NCBI GenBank assembly: GCA_965213675.1
Contig: OZ243916.1
Location: 1,760,001-1,824,000 of the forward strand
Length of the DNA: 64,000 bases
Reading direction: 5' to 3'
DNA from: an uncultured Candidatus Binatia bacterium
GTDB taxonomy: Bacteria; Desulfobacterota; Binatia; UBA9968; JAJDTQ01
The position numbers were made by a program, and so were the translations under genes. Below, one piece after another: positions 56,278 to 64,000 of this stretch (position 1 is its first letter; each line of letters begins with the position of its first letter). The notes under the pieces are model-generated. The model had not been told where the DNA came from, searched no databases, and saw only the letters and a program-made list of their open reading frames with translations.

Positions 56278-58590
56278 CTAAACGGTGTCGAGCATCCCCA
56301 GAAATATCTTCTCCGCGGTCACCGGCAGATCCTTGATGCGCACGCCCACGGCGTTGTCCACCGCGTTGGCGATGGAGGGCGCCACCGGGATGAGCGAGGT
56401 CTCGCCGATGCCCTTGGCGCCGAAGGGGCCGTTCTTGTGCGGCACCTCCACCGGAATGGGCGTGATCTCGTCGGGCATGTCCCCCAGAGCCGGGAGCACA
56501 TAGTCCACGAGATTGGGATTCACCAGAACCCCGTTGTCCCACACCATCTGCTCGAACAGCGCCTGCCCCAGGCCCGTGATGGCCCCGCCCACGAGCTGCT
56601 GCTGGCACCCCATAGGCGTGATGACCTTGCCCACGTCCACCGCGGTGACGTGCTTCAGCACCCGCAGCCGGCCGGTGTCCTTGTCGATCTCCACTTCGCT
56701 GCCGCCGGCGCCCACGAACCAGAACGACGAGGTGGTCTTGTCTCCGGTTTTGGGATCCACGGTGCCGGTCTTGACCTCGCCCCGGCCCACCAGCGTGCCC
56801 CCCTGCATGCCGAAATGATTGAACAGCACCTCACGGAAATCCAGCGCGTGCTCGCGGAACAGCACCTTTCCGCCCTCGGTACGGGTTTCCTCGAAGGGCA
56901 CGCCGTGCTCCTCGGAGACGAACCGGCGAAGCTGCTCGCACAGGTCCAGCGACGCCAGCTCCAGCGCCTTGCCCATGTGAAAGGTGGAACGGCTCGACGA
57001 GGTGGTGAGGTCGTAGGGCACCACGTCCGTGTCCACCCCCAGAACGGACACCTGGTCCAGGGTGATCCCCAGGGTATCGGCCACGATGGTCGCCATGGCC
57101 GTGTCCGACCCCTGCCCCATCTCCACCGTGCTGGTGAACACGTTGACGCTGCCGTCCTCGTTGAGCTTGATGGCCGCGCACGAGATGGACGGCGTGATGG
57201 TGGCCTTGATGAGCGCCGCAAGGCCCTTGCCGCGCACCTTGGACGGATCCGCCGGCGCGGCCGCCGGCTTGCCCCATTCCATCTCGTTGGCGACCTTCTC
57301 CAGGCAGCTCTTGACGCCGATGCTCCAGAGCTTCTCACCGGTGACGAACTCGTCGCCCTCGTCGTAGATGTTCTGCATGCGCAGCTCGAAAGGGTCCCGC
57401 CCCAGCGCGTTGGCGATGATGTCGGTCTGGGATTCGCTGGCCCAGGCCGATTGGGACACGCCGAAGCCGCGGAACGCCCCCGCGGGCGGCTTGTTGGTGT
57501 AGACGGACTTGGCGTCGATCTTCACGTGCTTGAACTTGTAGGGGCCAGCCGCGGTGTAGGCGGATTTCTTCGCCACCCGGGGACCGATCTCCGCGAACGC
57601 GCCGGTGTCGAGGAAGACTTCCGCTTCCCGCGCGTGGAAGGCGCCGTCGGCCTTGACCCCGGTCTTCATGCGGATGAACGCCGCATGTTTGGTCACCGTA
57701 TAGAACACCTCTTCCCGGCTCAGCAGGATGCGCACCGGCCGCCCGGCCTTCCGCGCCAGCGCCATGGTGAGGGGCTCGATCTTGGGGTAGACCTTGCTGC
57801 CGTAGCCGCCGCCGAGATACGGCACCATGATGCGGATCTTCGACACCGGCATCTTGAATATGTTGGCGAGCTGGGTGCGCACCACGAACGGGTTCTGGGT
57901 GGTGGACCAAACGTTCACGCGCCCGTCGGGCTGGAACGCGGCAATACAGCCGTGGGGCTCCAGCGCCACATGCTGGGTGGTGGGCAGGATGAAGGTATCC
58001 TCGAAGACATGGGCGCACTCGGCAAAGCCCTGCTCGATATCGCCCTTGCGCAGCTTGAAGTGGGTGCAGACGTTGGTGTTCTCGATGGGCTTCAATTCGG
58101 CCAGGTCGGCGAAGCCGTGCTCGGGAATGCGCACGGTCTCGTGCACCAGCACGGCGTCTTCCTTCACCGAATCGCGCACGTCCATCACCGGCGGCAGATC
58201 CTCGTACTCCACCACAATGCGGCTCGCCGCCTCTTCCGCGGCCTCCCGGGTTTCCGCCGCCACCCCGGCCACCGGGTCCCCCACGTGCCGCACCTTGTCC
58301 GCCGCCACGATGGTCTGGTCCTTGAACACCGGACCATAGTAGGGCTCGATGCCCATGCCCTCGACCACGTCGTCCTTGGTGTAGATCGCCACCACCCCGG
58401 GCACCTTGCGCGCCTCGGACGCGTCCACGTAGCGGATCCACGCGTGCGCCCTCGGGCTCCGCAAAACGGCGCCCTCGCACACCCCCGGCATCTTCATGTC
58501 CGCAAGATACGCGGCCCGGCCCGTCAGCTTGGCCTGGTAGTCCAGGCGCTGTCCGTTGCCCGCGCTCAGCGGCCTCTCGCTTGTCGCCAT
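56278..58590 (-). CDS. Xanthine dehydrogenase-family Mo-binding large subunit
   Basis: LGGGYGSK, AFRGFG, EMGQG, GAKGIGET; start ATG 58590. Confidence 0.92.
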   Translation of the reverse strand: MATSERPLSAGNGQRLDYQAKLTGRAAYLADMKMPGVCEGAVLRSPRAHAWIRYVDASEARKVPGVVAIYTKDDVVEGMGIEPYYGPVFKDQTIVAADKVRHVGDPVAGVAAETREAAEEAASRIVVEYEDLPPVMDVRDSVKEDAVLVHETVRIPEHGFADLAELKPIENTNVCTHFKLRKGDIEQGFAECAHVFEDTFILPTTQHVALEPHGCIAAFQPDGRVNVWSTTQNPFVVRTQLANIFKMPVSKIRIMVPYLGGGYGSKVYPKIEPLTMALARKAGRPVRILLSREEVFYTVTKHAAFIRMKTGVKADGAFHAREAEVFLDTGAFAEIGPRVAKKSAYTAAGPYKFKHVKIDAKSVYTNKPPAGAFRGFGVSQSAWASESQTDIIANALGRDPFELRMQNIYDEGDEFVTGEKLWSIGVKSCLEKVANEMEWGKPAAAPADPSKVRGKGLAALIKATITPSISCAAIKLNEDGSVNVFTSTVEMGQGSDTAMATIVADTLGITLDQVSVLGVDTDVVPYDLTTSSSRSTFHMGKALELASLDLCEQLRRFVSEEHGVPFEETRTEGGKVLFREHALDFREVLFNHFGMQGGTLVGRGEVKTGTVDPKTGDKTTSSFWFVGAGGSEVEIDKDTGRLRVLKHVTAVDVGKVITPMGCQQQLVGGAITGLGQALFEQMVWDNGVLVNPNLVDYVLPALGDMPDEITPIPVEVPHKNGPFGAKGIGETSLIPVAPSIANAVDNAVGVRIKDLPVTAEKIFLGMLDTV

Positions 58591-58633
58591 GAAACGCTCC
58601 TCTGGAACCTCACGCGGTGCGCCGGCCGCGTTC

Positions 58634-59095
58634 CTATGCCTGGACCACGCCGCGGATGGCTTGCATGATCTCCTGATAGCAGCCGCAGCGGCAGAAATTG
58701 CCACCCATGTAGCTCTTGATCTGCTCGTCGTCGGGTCGGGGATTCTCGTCCAGCATGGCCTTGGCGGTGAGCAGGAAGCCCGAAGTGCAATAGCCGCATT
58801 GAAGCGCCCCATGCGTCATGAACGCCTCCTGCAACGGGTGCAGCCGGCCGCCTTCGGCCAGCCCTTCCACGGTGCTGACCTTGCGCCCGTCCGCGTCCAC
58901 CGCCAGCACCGAGCATGCGCTGACCGGTTTGCCGTCGAGCAGCAGCGTGCACGCGCCGCACACCTGGATGTCGCAGCCCAGTTTGGCGCCGGTGAGGCCC
59001 AACTCATCCCGCACCACGTCCAGCAACGAGCGCCAAGGCTCCACCTCCACTTGCCGCGAAGCGCCGTTGACCTCCATGGTGATGGCCTTCTTCAT
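58634..59095 (-). CDS. [2Fe-2S] subunit of the Mo-hydroxylase (CoxS/XdhC-like)
   Basis: GCDIQVCGACT, QCGYCTSG, NFCRCGCY. Confidence 0.95.
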   Translation of the reverse strand: MKKAITMEVNGASRQVEVEPWRSLLDVVRDELGLTGAKLGCDIQVCGACTLLLDGKPVSACSVLAVDADGRKVSTVEGLAEGGRLHPLQEAFMTHGALQCGYCTSGFLLTAKAMLDENPRPDDEQIKSYMGGNFCRCGCYQEIMQAIRGVVQA

Positions 59096-59151
59096 GCCGT
59101 GAATTCCTCCCTGTCCGTGCCCGCATTCGGAATGGCGCCAGCGCTCGGATC

Positions 59152-59249
59152 CGTCATTGCCACGGAAGCGGGACTCCAGGTGGCGCGGGGCGGCGACCCA
59201 CGCCCGTCCGTGGCCCTCCCCCTGGATTCACGCTTCCGCGGCAATGACG
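59152..59249. repeat. Inverted pair (REPIN-like doublet) of the CTGGATTCxCGC…AATGAC palindromic repeat
   Basis: cgtcattgccacggaagcgggactccagg (59152-59180) and cctggattcacgcttccgcggcaatgacg (59221-59249) are near-perfect reverse complements. Confidence 0.8.
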
Positions 59250-59299
59250 AGGTGGGGCGCCGGTACCGTTTCGAGACCTTACCGGAAATGGCCACAGCC

Positions 59300-60175
59300 T
59301 TAACTGCTGCCTTTCGCCTTTTCGTAAACCCTGGGCGCCAGCCGTCGGACCAGCGCCGCCACCATTTCGCGCTTGTAGCGCTCGGAGCCGCGCAAGTCGT
59401 CCATGGGGTCGCATTCGCCGGCGGCGGCACGGGCCGCCGCCTGGAGGTTCTCGTCCGTCAGCGGCTTTCCATCCAGCGCCGCCTCGGCATTGCGCGCGCG
59501 CATGGGCGTGGGCGCAACGCACCCCAAACCGATGCGCACGTCACCGCAGGCGCCGTCGTCCGGGTTCACCGACATGCGCACGGCCACACCGATGCACGGC
59601 TTGTCCACCACCGAACTGCTGGAGAAGCGCACGTAGTCGATGGCGCTATGGGCCGGCAACGGCGGGAGCACCACGTGCGTGAGCACCTCGTCCTCCTGCA
59701 ACTGAGTCTCGTAGTAGTCCACGAAGACAGCTTCCAACGGCAGCGTGCGCCCGCCCGACGTGTTGGCGATGCGTACCGTGGCGTCCAGAGTGATGAACAC
59801 GCACGGCAGGTCGGTCAACGGCTCGCCCGAGGCGATGTTGCCGCCCACCGTGGCCATGTTGCGCACGCGGATGTTGGCCACGTCGTGCTCCAGCTCGCAC
59901 AGCACCGGCAGGCGCTCGGCCAGGAGCGCGGAGGTCTCGATGTCATGATGAGTCACCAGCGCGCCGATGACCAGATCGTCCCCCGACACCTCGATGCGCT
60001 GCAACGCGTCGATCTTCTTGATGTTGATCAGCGCGTCCGGCTGCAGGAATCCCTGCTTGAGCAAGATCGTCAGCGAACTGCCGCCGGCGAACACGCGCGC
60101 GTTGCCCGCGTACTGCTTCAGCAGTCCGCACGCTTCATCCACGGTGCCGGGTTCCAGGTATTCGAAGTGTTTCAT
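59300..60175 (-). CDS. FAD-binding subunit of the Mo-hydroxylase (CoxM/XdhB-like)
   Basis: FEYLEPGTVDEA, AGGSSL, RVRNMATVGGN, DDLRGSERYK. Confidence 0.93.
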   Translation of the reverse strand: MKHFEYLEPGTVDEACGLLKQYAGNARVFAGGSSLTILLKQGFLQPDALINIKKIDALQRIEVSGDDLVIGALVTHHDIETSALLAERLPVLCELEHDVANIRVRNMATVGGNIASGEPLTDLPCVFITLDATVRIANTSGGRTLPLEAVFVDYYETQLQEDEVLTHVVLPPLPAHSAIDYVRFSSSSVVDKPCIGVAVRMSVNPDDGACGDVRIGLGCVAPTPMRARNAEAALDGKPLTDENLQAAARAAAGECDPMDDLRGSERYKREMVAALVRRLAPRVYEKAKGSS

Positions 60176-60223
60176 GATCCGCCGGAAGAGTTCTTGGTTG
60201 GTTTGTCCGGGCGCCCCGCCGCC

Positions 60224-61570
60224 TCAGAGGTACTCCACCTTGTCGACGCCGGGCACCACGACCTTGCGGTAGTACTCGTTGTCGTGGAGCGGCATGGTGG
60301 CGTCAATGCCCCACACGGCCGTGGTGCGCGGCGCCGGCGCCGAGGGATCCAGCGTCGACATGGCCAGGTTGGGGACGATGATGACGTCCTTGTCCGGCTG
60401 CACCCGGGTGTTGACGGCCCATTCCACGTCCACCGGATCATTCACGTCGATGTCCTCGTCCACCACCACCACGCGCTTGAAGCCCGCGCCCGTGGCCAGC
60501 AGCGCCAGGATGATGTTGCGCGCCTCGGCGTCGTGGCGCTTGCGCATGGACACCACGGCATGGTGCCGGAAAGTGCCGCCGGCGGTCACGCTGCAGTCCT
60601 TGACCTCCGGGGTGATGGCGGACACCGTGCGGTAGACCAGCGCCGCGTTGGCGCATTCGATCAGCGTGTGGTTCTCGGTCACGGGCATACCCGTGAGGCA
60701 GGTCTCGTAGATGGGGTTCTGCCGCATGGTGATGGCGGTGACCTGTATGACCGGCGCCTGCTTGCTCTCGCTGTAGGTGCCCGGATACTCGCCGTACGGG
60801 CCGTCCGATACCCGCTCCCCGGGAATGGTCACGCCTTCAATCACCACTTCGGCGTGGGCCGGCACGTCCACGTCGATGGTGTCGCACTTGGTCAGTTGCA
60901 CGGGGGCGCCGCGCAAACCGCCCGCCACCGCGAACTCGTCCACGCCGTAGGGCACCCGCGACTGGGAGCCGATGATGATGGCCGGATCCACGCCGATGGC
61001 CGTGGCCACCTCCAGCCCCTCGCCCCGGTCCTCCGCCTTGAGGATCATGCGCCCCAGGTGATGGTCCGCCGGCGCCCACAGGGACAGCTTGTCCTTGCCC
61101 AGCCGCAGCATCCGGTGAATGGATACGTTGGGAATGCGCGTGTCCGGGTCCTTGCCGATCTGCACGCCGATGGTGACGTACGCACCGCAGTCCTTCTCCG
61201 AGTGGACGCAGATGGGCAGCTTCTCGAGGTCGATGTCATCGCCGGTCCAGCGCACTTCCTTGACCGGACCCGTGGCCACCATCTCGGAGGGAATGCGCGC
61301 GTCCTCCAGCGTCAGGTAGCGCTCCAGCAGCTTTTCCTCGGTGACTCCCAGGCCCAGCGCCACCAGCCGCCGGGTGGCGTACAGCGCTCCGAGCACACGC
61401 CAGTCCGGGTGGTCCTTGACGTTGTTGAACAACAACGCGGGGCCGCCCACGTCGGAACTCTTGCGAATGCCGGCAGCGACTTCGAAGCGCGTGTCCACCT
61501 CCCGGTTCACCTCCAGCAACTGGCCCTCGCGCTCCAGCACGTCAAGGAATTCTCGCAGGTCTTGATGCAA
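60224..61570 (-). CDS. UbiD-family (prFMN-dependent) decarboxylase
   Basis: DLREFLDVLE, GPALLFNNV, NVSIHRM, AEVVIEG, DGPYGEYPG, VVVDEDIDV, EWAVNTR, IDAT. Confidence 0.92.
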   Translation of the reverse strand: MHQDLREFLDVLEREGQLLEVNREVDTRFEVAAGIRKSSDVGGPALLFNNVKDHPDWRVLGALYATRRLVALGLGVTEEKLLERYLTLEDARIPSEMVATGPVKEVRWTGDDIDLEKLPICVHSEKDCGAYVTIGVQIGKDPDTRIPNVSIHRMLRLGKDKLSLWAPADHHLGRMILKAEDRGEGLEVATAIGVDPAIIIGSQSRVPYGVDEFAVAGGLRGAPVQLTKCDTIDVDVPAHAEVVIEGVTIPGERVSDGPYGEYPGTYSESKQAPVIQVTAITMRQNPIYETCLTGMPVTENHTLIECANAALVYRTVSAITPEVKDCSVTAGGTFRHHAVVSMRKRHDAEARNIILALLATGAGFKRVVVVDEDIDVNDPVDVEWAVNTRVQPDKDVIIVPNLAMSTLDPSAPAPRTTAVWGIDATMPLHDNEYYRKVVVPGVDKVEYL

Positions 61571-61751
61571 TGCAGAGTCTCCCGTTTATCGCAACTCGGT
61601 TGCTCCCAAGGGGTCCGTCCCCGCTCTCGATCCGGGCGGGAACACCTCGCACTCGCCAAGGGCTACTTACCAAATGGCCCCCGGCGCGTCTACCGGTTTG
61701 ACAAGGCCGGGCCGGCGGAGTAGGCAAGCGGGGAAGCATGGGACCAACCTC

Positions 61752-62867
61752 ATGATTACCATTCGGGGACTACGCAAGGAATTTATCGTCACGGACGGCA
61801 AGGTCGCGGCGCTCAAGAAGCTCGATCTGGATGTCGAGGAAGGTGAATTCTTCGTCATCGTCGGCGCCAGCGGCTCGGGCAAGACCACCCTGTTGCGTTG
61901 CGTGGCCGGACTCGAGACACCCAACCACGGAGAGATCCGCATCGCCGACCGCACCGTGTTCGGCGACAACCCGCCGGTGTGGGTGCCGCCCCAGGACCGG
62001 AACTTCGGCATGGTGTTCCAGTCCTATGCAGTGTGGCCGCACCTGACCGTTTTCGACAACGTCGCCCTGCCCTTGCGCGAGGGCGCCCAGAAGATCCCGC
62101 GACAGCAGGTCGACAACCGGGTGCGGAACGCGCTCCACATGGTGCAGCTCGACGAGCAGATCGAGCGGCCGTCCACACTCCTGAGCGGCGGCCAGCAGCA
62201 GCGGGTGGCGCTGGCCCGCGCCATCGCCGTGAACCCCAAGGTGCTGCTCATGGACGAGCCCCTGAGCAACCTCGACGCGCGCCTGCGCGAGGATGTGCGC
62301 GGGCGCATCCGCGACCTGGCCAAGCAACTCGGGGCCACCGTGCTCTACGTCACCCACGATCAGATCGAGGCCATGGCCATGGCCGACAAGATCGCCCTGA
62401 TGAGCTTGGGCGAGCTGCTGCAGTACGGCAGCCCCATGGACCTCTACCGCAGCCCCAACTGCGCCGAAGTGGCCGAGTTCTTCGGCTCGGTCAACTGGCT
62501 CCCGGGCCGCCGCGTGGAGGACGACCTGGTGGAAACCCGCATCGGCCGCTTCCGCATGACCGGGGGCGCCGACCCCGGCGCCGACGTGTTCGTCGGGTTC
62601 AGGCCCGAATGCATCCAGTACGCCGAACCTTCGGACGGGAAGAAAGAAAACACCTTCGATGCGCGCCTGACATCCAGCGTGTTCCTCGGCGACCAGTTCG
62701 TCTACGACGCCACCGCGGACGATATTCCGCTCACCGGCAAGAGCCGCGCGGTGCCCACCACCCACGGAGACAGTCTCTCGTTGCGCGTGTTGCCCGACAA
62801 CGTCATGGTATTCGCGGCCGACGAGAAGAACACCGCCTTCGTGAACGCCGTCGGCAAGCAGGGCTGA
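61752..62867 (+). CDS. ABC ATP-binding protein (Fe3+/polyamine/sugar class, C-terminal TOBE)
   Basis: GASGSGKTT, VFQSYAVWPHL, LSGGQQQRVALARA, DEPLSNLDARLR; TTGACA-17-TAGGCA at 61698-61726 upstream. Confidence 0.92.
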   Translation: MITIRGLRKEFIVTDGKVAALKKLDLDVEEGEFFVIVGASGSGKTTLLRCVAGLETPNHGEIRIADRTVFGDNPPVWVPPQDRNFGMVFQSYAVWPHLTVFDNVALPLREGAQKIPRQQVDNRVRNALHMVQLDEQIERPSTLLSGGQQQRVALARAIAVNPKVLLMDEPLSNLDARLREDVRGRIRDLAKQLGATVLYVTHDQIEAMAMADKIALMSLGELLQYGSPMDLYRSPNCAEVAEFFGSVNWLPGRRVEDDLVETRIGRFRMTGGADPGADVFVGFRPECIQYAEPSDGKKENTFDARLTSSVFLGDQFVYDATADDIPLTGKSRAVPTTHGDSLSLRVLPDNVMVFAADEKNTAFVNAVGKQG

Positions 62868-62944
62868 GACCGCCCCCCCGAGCCCGGCGCCACCGGTCTC
62901 GATCCACGCGCCCCGGCTACCATGCCAGCGTTCACGCCTCTCTT

Positions 62945-62982
62945 CGACAAAGATCGACAAAGCGACAAAGATCGACAAAGAT
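62945..62982. repeat. Short tandem repeat CGACAAAG(AT) x4
   Basis: cgacaaagat cgacaaag cgacaaagat cgacaaagat, intergenic upstream of the SBP gene. Confidence 0.75.
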
Positions 62983-63141
62983 TTAGTCCATAGGTAACAG
63001 CCAGGGCATCGGTCGGGTGAATGGGCAATTGACCGGGTCGACCGCGCTTGCACCGGGTCCGGGAAGTGGTCTACAAGAGTAGCCCGTGTCAGAAAGCCAA
63101 CGCTGTTCGTGTCACGAAACCAACAGTCAAGGAGGAGACTG

Positions 63142-64000
63142 ATGCTCGATGTCAAACGCAACCATAGGTGGGCCGTCGCCCTGGGCGTGGCTCTATGCTC
63201 CCTGTTCCTGGTCGCGGGTGCCTACGCGGCCGACGCTCCCAAGAACCTCAAGGAGCTGGTCGAAGGCGCAAAGAAGGAGACCACCCTTACGGCCATGTGG
63301 TCCAGCCGAAGCCTGAACGGTAGCAAGGGCTTTGCGCAGATCGTCGCCGGCATGAACAAGATGTACGGCACCAACATCAAGCCGAAGTTCACGCCGGGTC
63401 CCGCGATGAACCGAATGATCGGCAAGCTCACCCGTGAGATGAAGGCCGGCCAACCCGCCAGCACCGATGTGTTGTGGGGCAACTCCGGCGGCATGCTCGC
63501 TTCCGCCAAGGTGAACTTGACACGACCCATGAACTGGATGGCCTACCTCGGCAGGCCGATGCTGACGCCGGATGCGGGCTTCGATCCCATCGCTCCCGGC
63601 GGCATCGGGCTCGCCTCGGCGTCCACGCTCGTGGGTATCATGTACAACAGCGACATCGTCAAGGGCGAGGATGTCCCCAAGAGCATGCATGACGTTCTCA
63701 AGCCAAAGTGGAAGGGCAAGATCGCATCCACTCCTTACGCGGCAGGGCTCCGCGAGTTCGCCACGCCCAGTCTCCTCGGCAAGGAGGTCATGATTGATTA
63801 CGCCAAGAAGCTTTCCCAGCAGATCGGCGGCCTGATCCGATGCGGCTCCACGGACAAGCTCACCAGCGGCGAGTTCGCGATGCTGGTGTTCAGTTGTGGT
63901 GACCAGTACGTGAACCAGGGGCTGCGTGACGGTTTGCCGCTGGGCTACTCGGTGGTGAATGAAGCCGTCGTGTCCCATACCCGCTACGGCTCGGTACCGA
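63142..64000 (+). CDS. ABC extracellular solute-binding protein (Fe3+/SBP_bac-like), truncated at the window end
   Basis: Manual translation after RBS AAGGAGGAG: MLDVKRNHRWAVALGVALCSLFLVAGAYAADAPKNLKELVEGAKKE…YNSDIV…DVLKPKWKGKI. Confidence 0.85.
   Translation, partial: MLDVKRNHRWAVALGVALCSLFLVAGAYAADAPKNLKELVEGAKKETTLTAMWSSRSLNGSKGFAQIVAGMNKMYGTNIKPKFTPGPAMNRMIGKLTREMKAGQPASTDVLWGNSGGMLASAKVNLTRPMNWMAYLGRPMLTPDAGFDPIAPGGIGLASASTLVGIMYNSDIVKGEDVPKSMHDVLKPKWKGKIASTPYAAGLREFATPSLLGKEVMIDYAKKLSQQIGGLIRCGSTDKLTSGEFAMLVFSCGDQYVNQGLRDGLPLGYSVVNEAVVSHTRYGSVP

Noticed and set aside
56278-60175. Aerobic CO dehydrogenase (coxMSL)
   Set aside because: Active-site loop is AFRGFG, not AYxCSFR (form I) or AYRGAGR (form II); the same holds for 30952-33255.
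56236-61723. Long plus-strand ORFs (810 aa, 1055 aa) and similar ones at 30889-33063, 40978-43119, 24093-25856, 45843-47876
   Set aside because: Antisense shadows of well-supported genes, expected with high-GC codon bias; no motifs of their own.

Overview
High-GC bacterial chromosomal window. Gene content (ccsA-hemACD-hemB cluster, Mo-hydroxylases, UbiD, amidohydrolases, LLM, TRAP/ABC transporters, Calx-beta autotransporter) suggests a deltaproteobacteria/Binatia-like organism, possibly host-associated (inference only). The first ~11.3 kb is a visibly more A/T-rich island. It holds a tightly coupled minus-strand operon: NERD nuclease + pseudokinase + Ser/Thr kinase + DndF-like P-loop protein (~1350 aa), a DndG-like protein (~600 aa), and a DndH-like HerA/FtsK ATPase with a PD-(D/E)xK motif (1672 aa), followed by a UPF0175 antitoxin-like gene. 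This matches the effector half (mad6-mad7-mad8) of the MADS / DndFGH defence family, but no methyltransferase, specificity or phosphorothioation genes lie upstream; hemB does. The rest is housekeeping and catabolic DNA: a ~1780-aa Calx-beta autotransporter inside the hem operon, a LysM lytic transglycosylase, a Gld-like ABC operon, CCA-adding enzyme, htpX, and a ubiD + Mo-hydroxylase + SDR + TRAP cluster. Non-coding DNA carries two MITE-like families (one always at CTAG stop codons) and two REP-like palindrome families. Two genes look like enzyme folds that have lost their canonical catalytic residues. No rRNA, tRNA, CRISPR array, integrase or transposase was recognised. All calls come from motif recognition by eye; no database searches were run.
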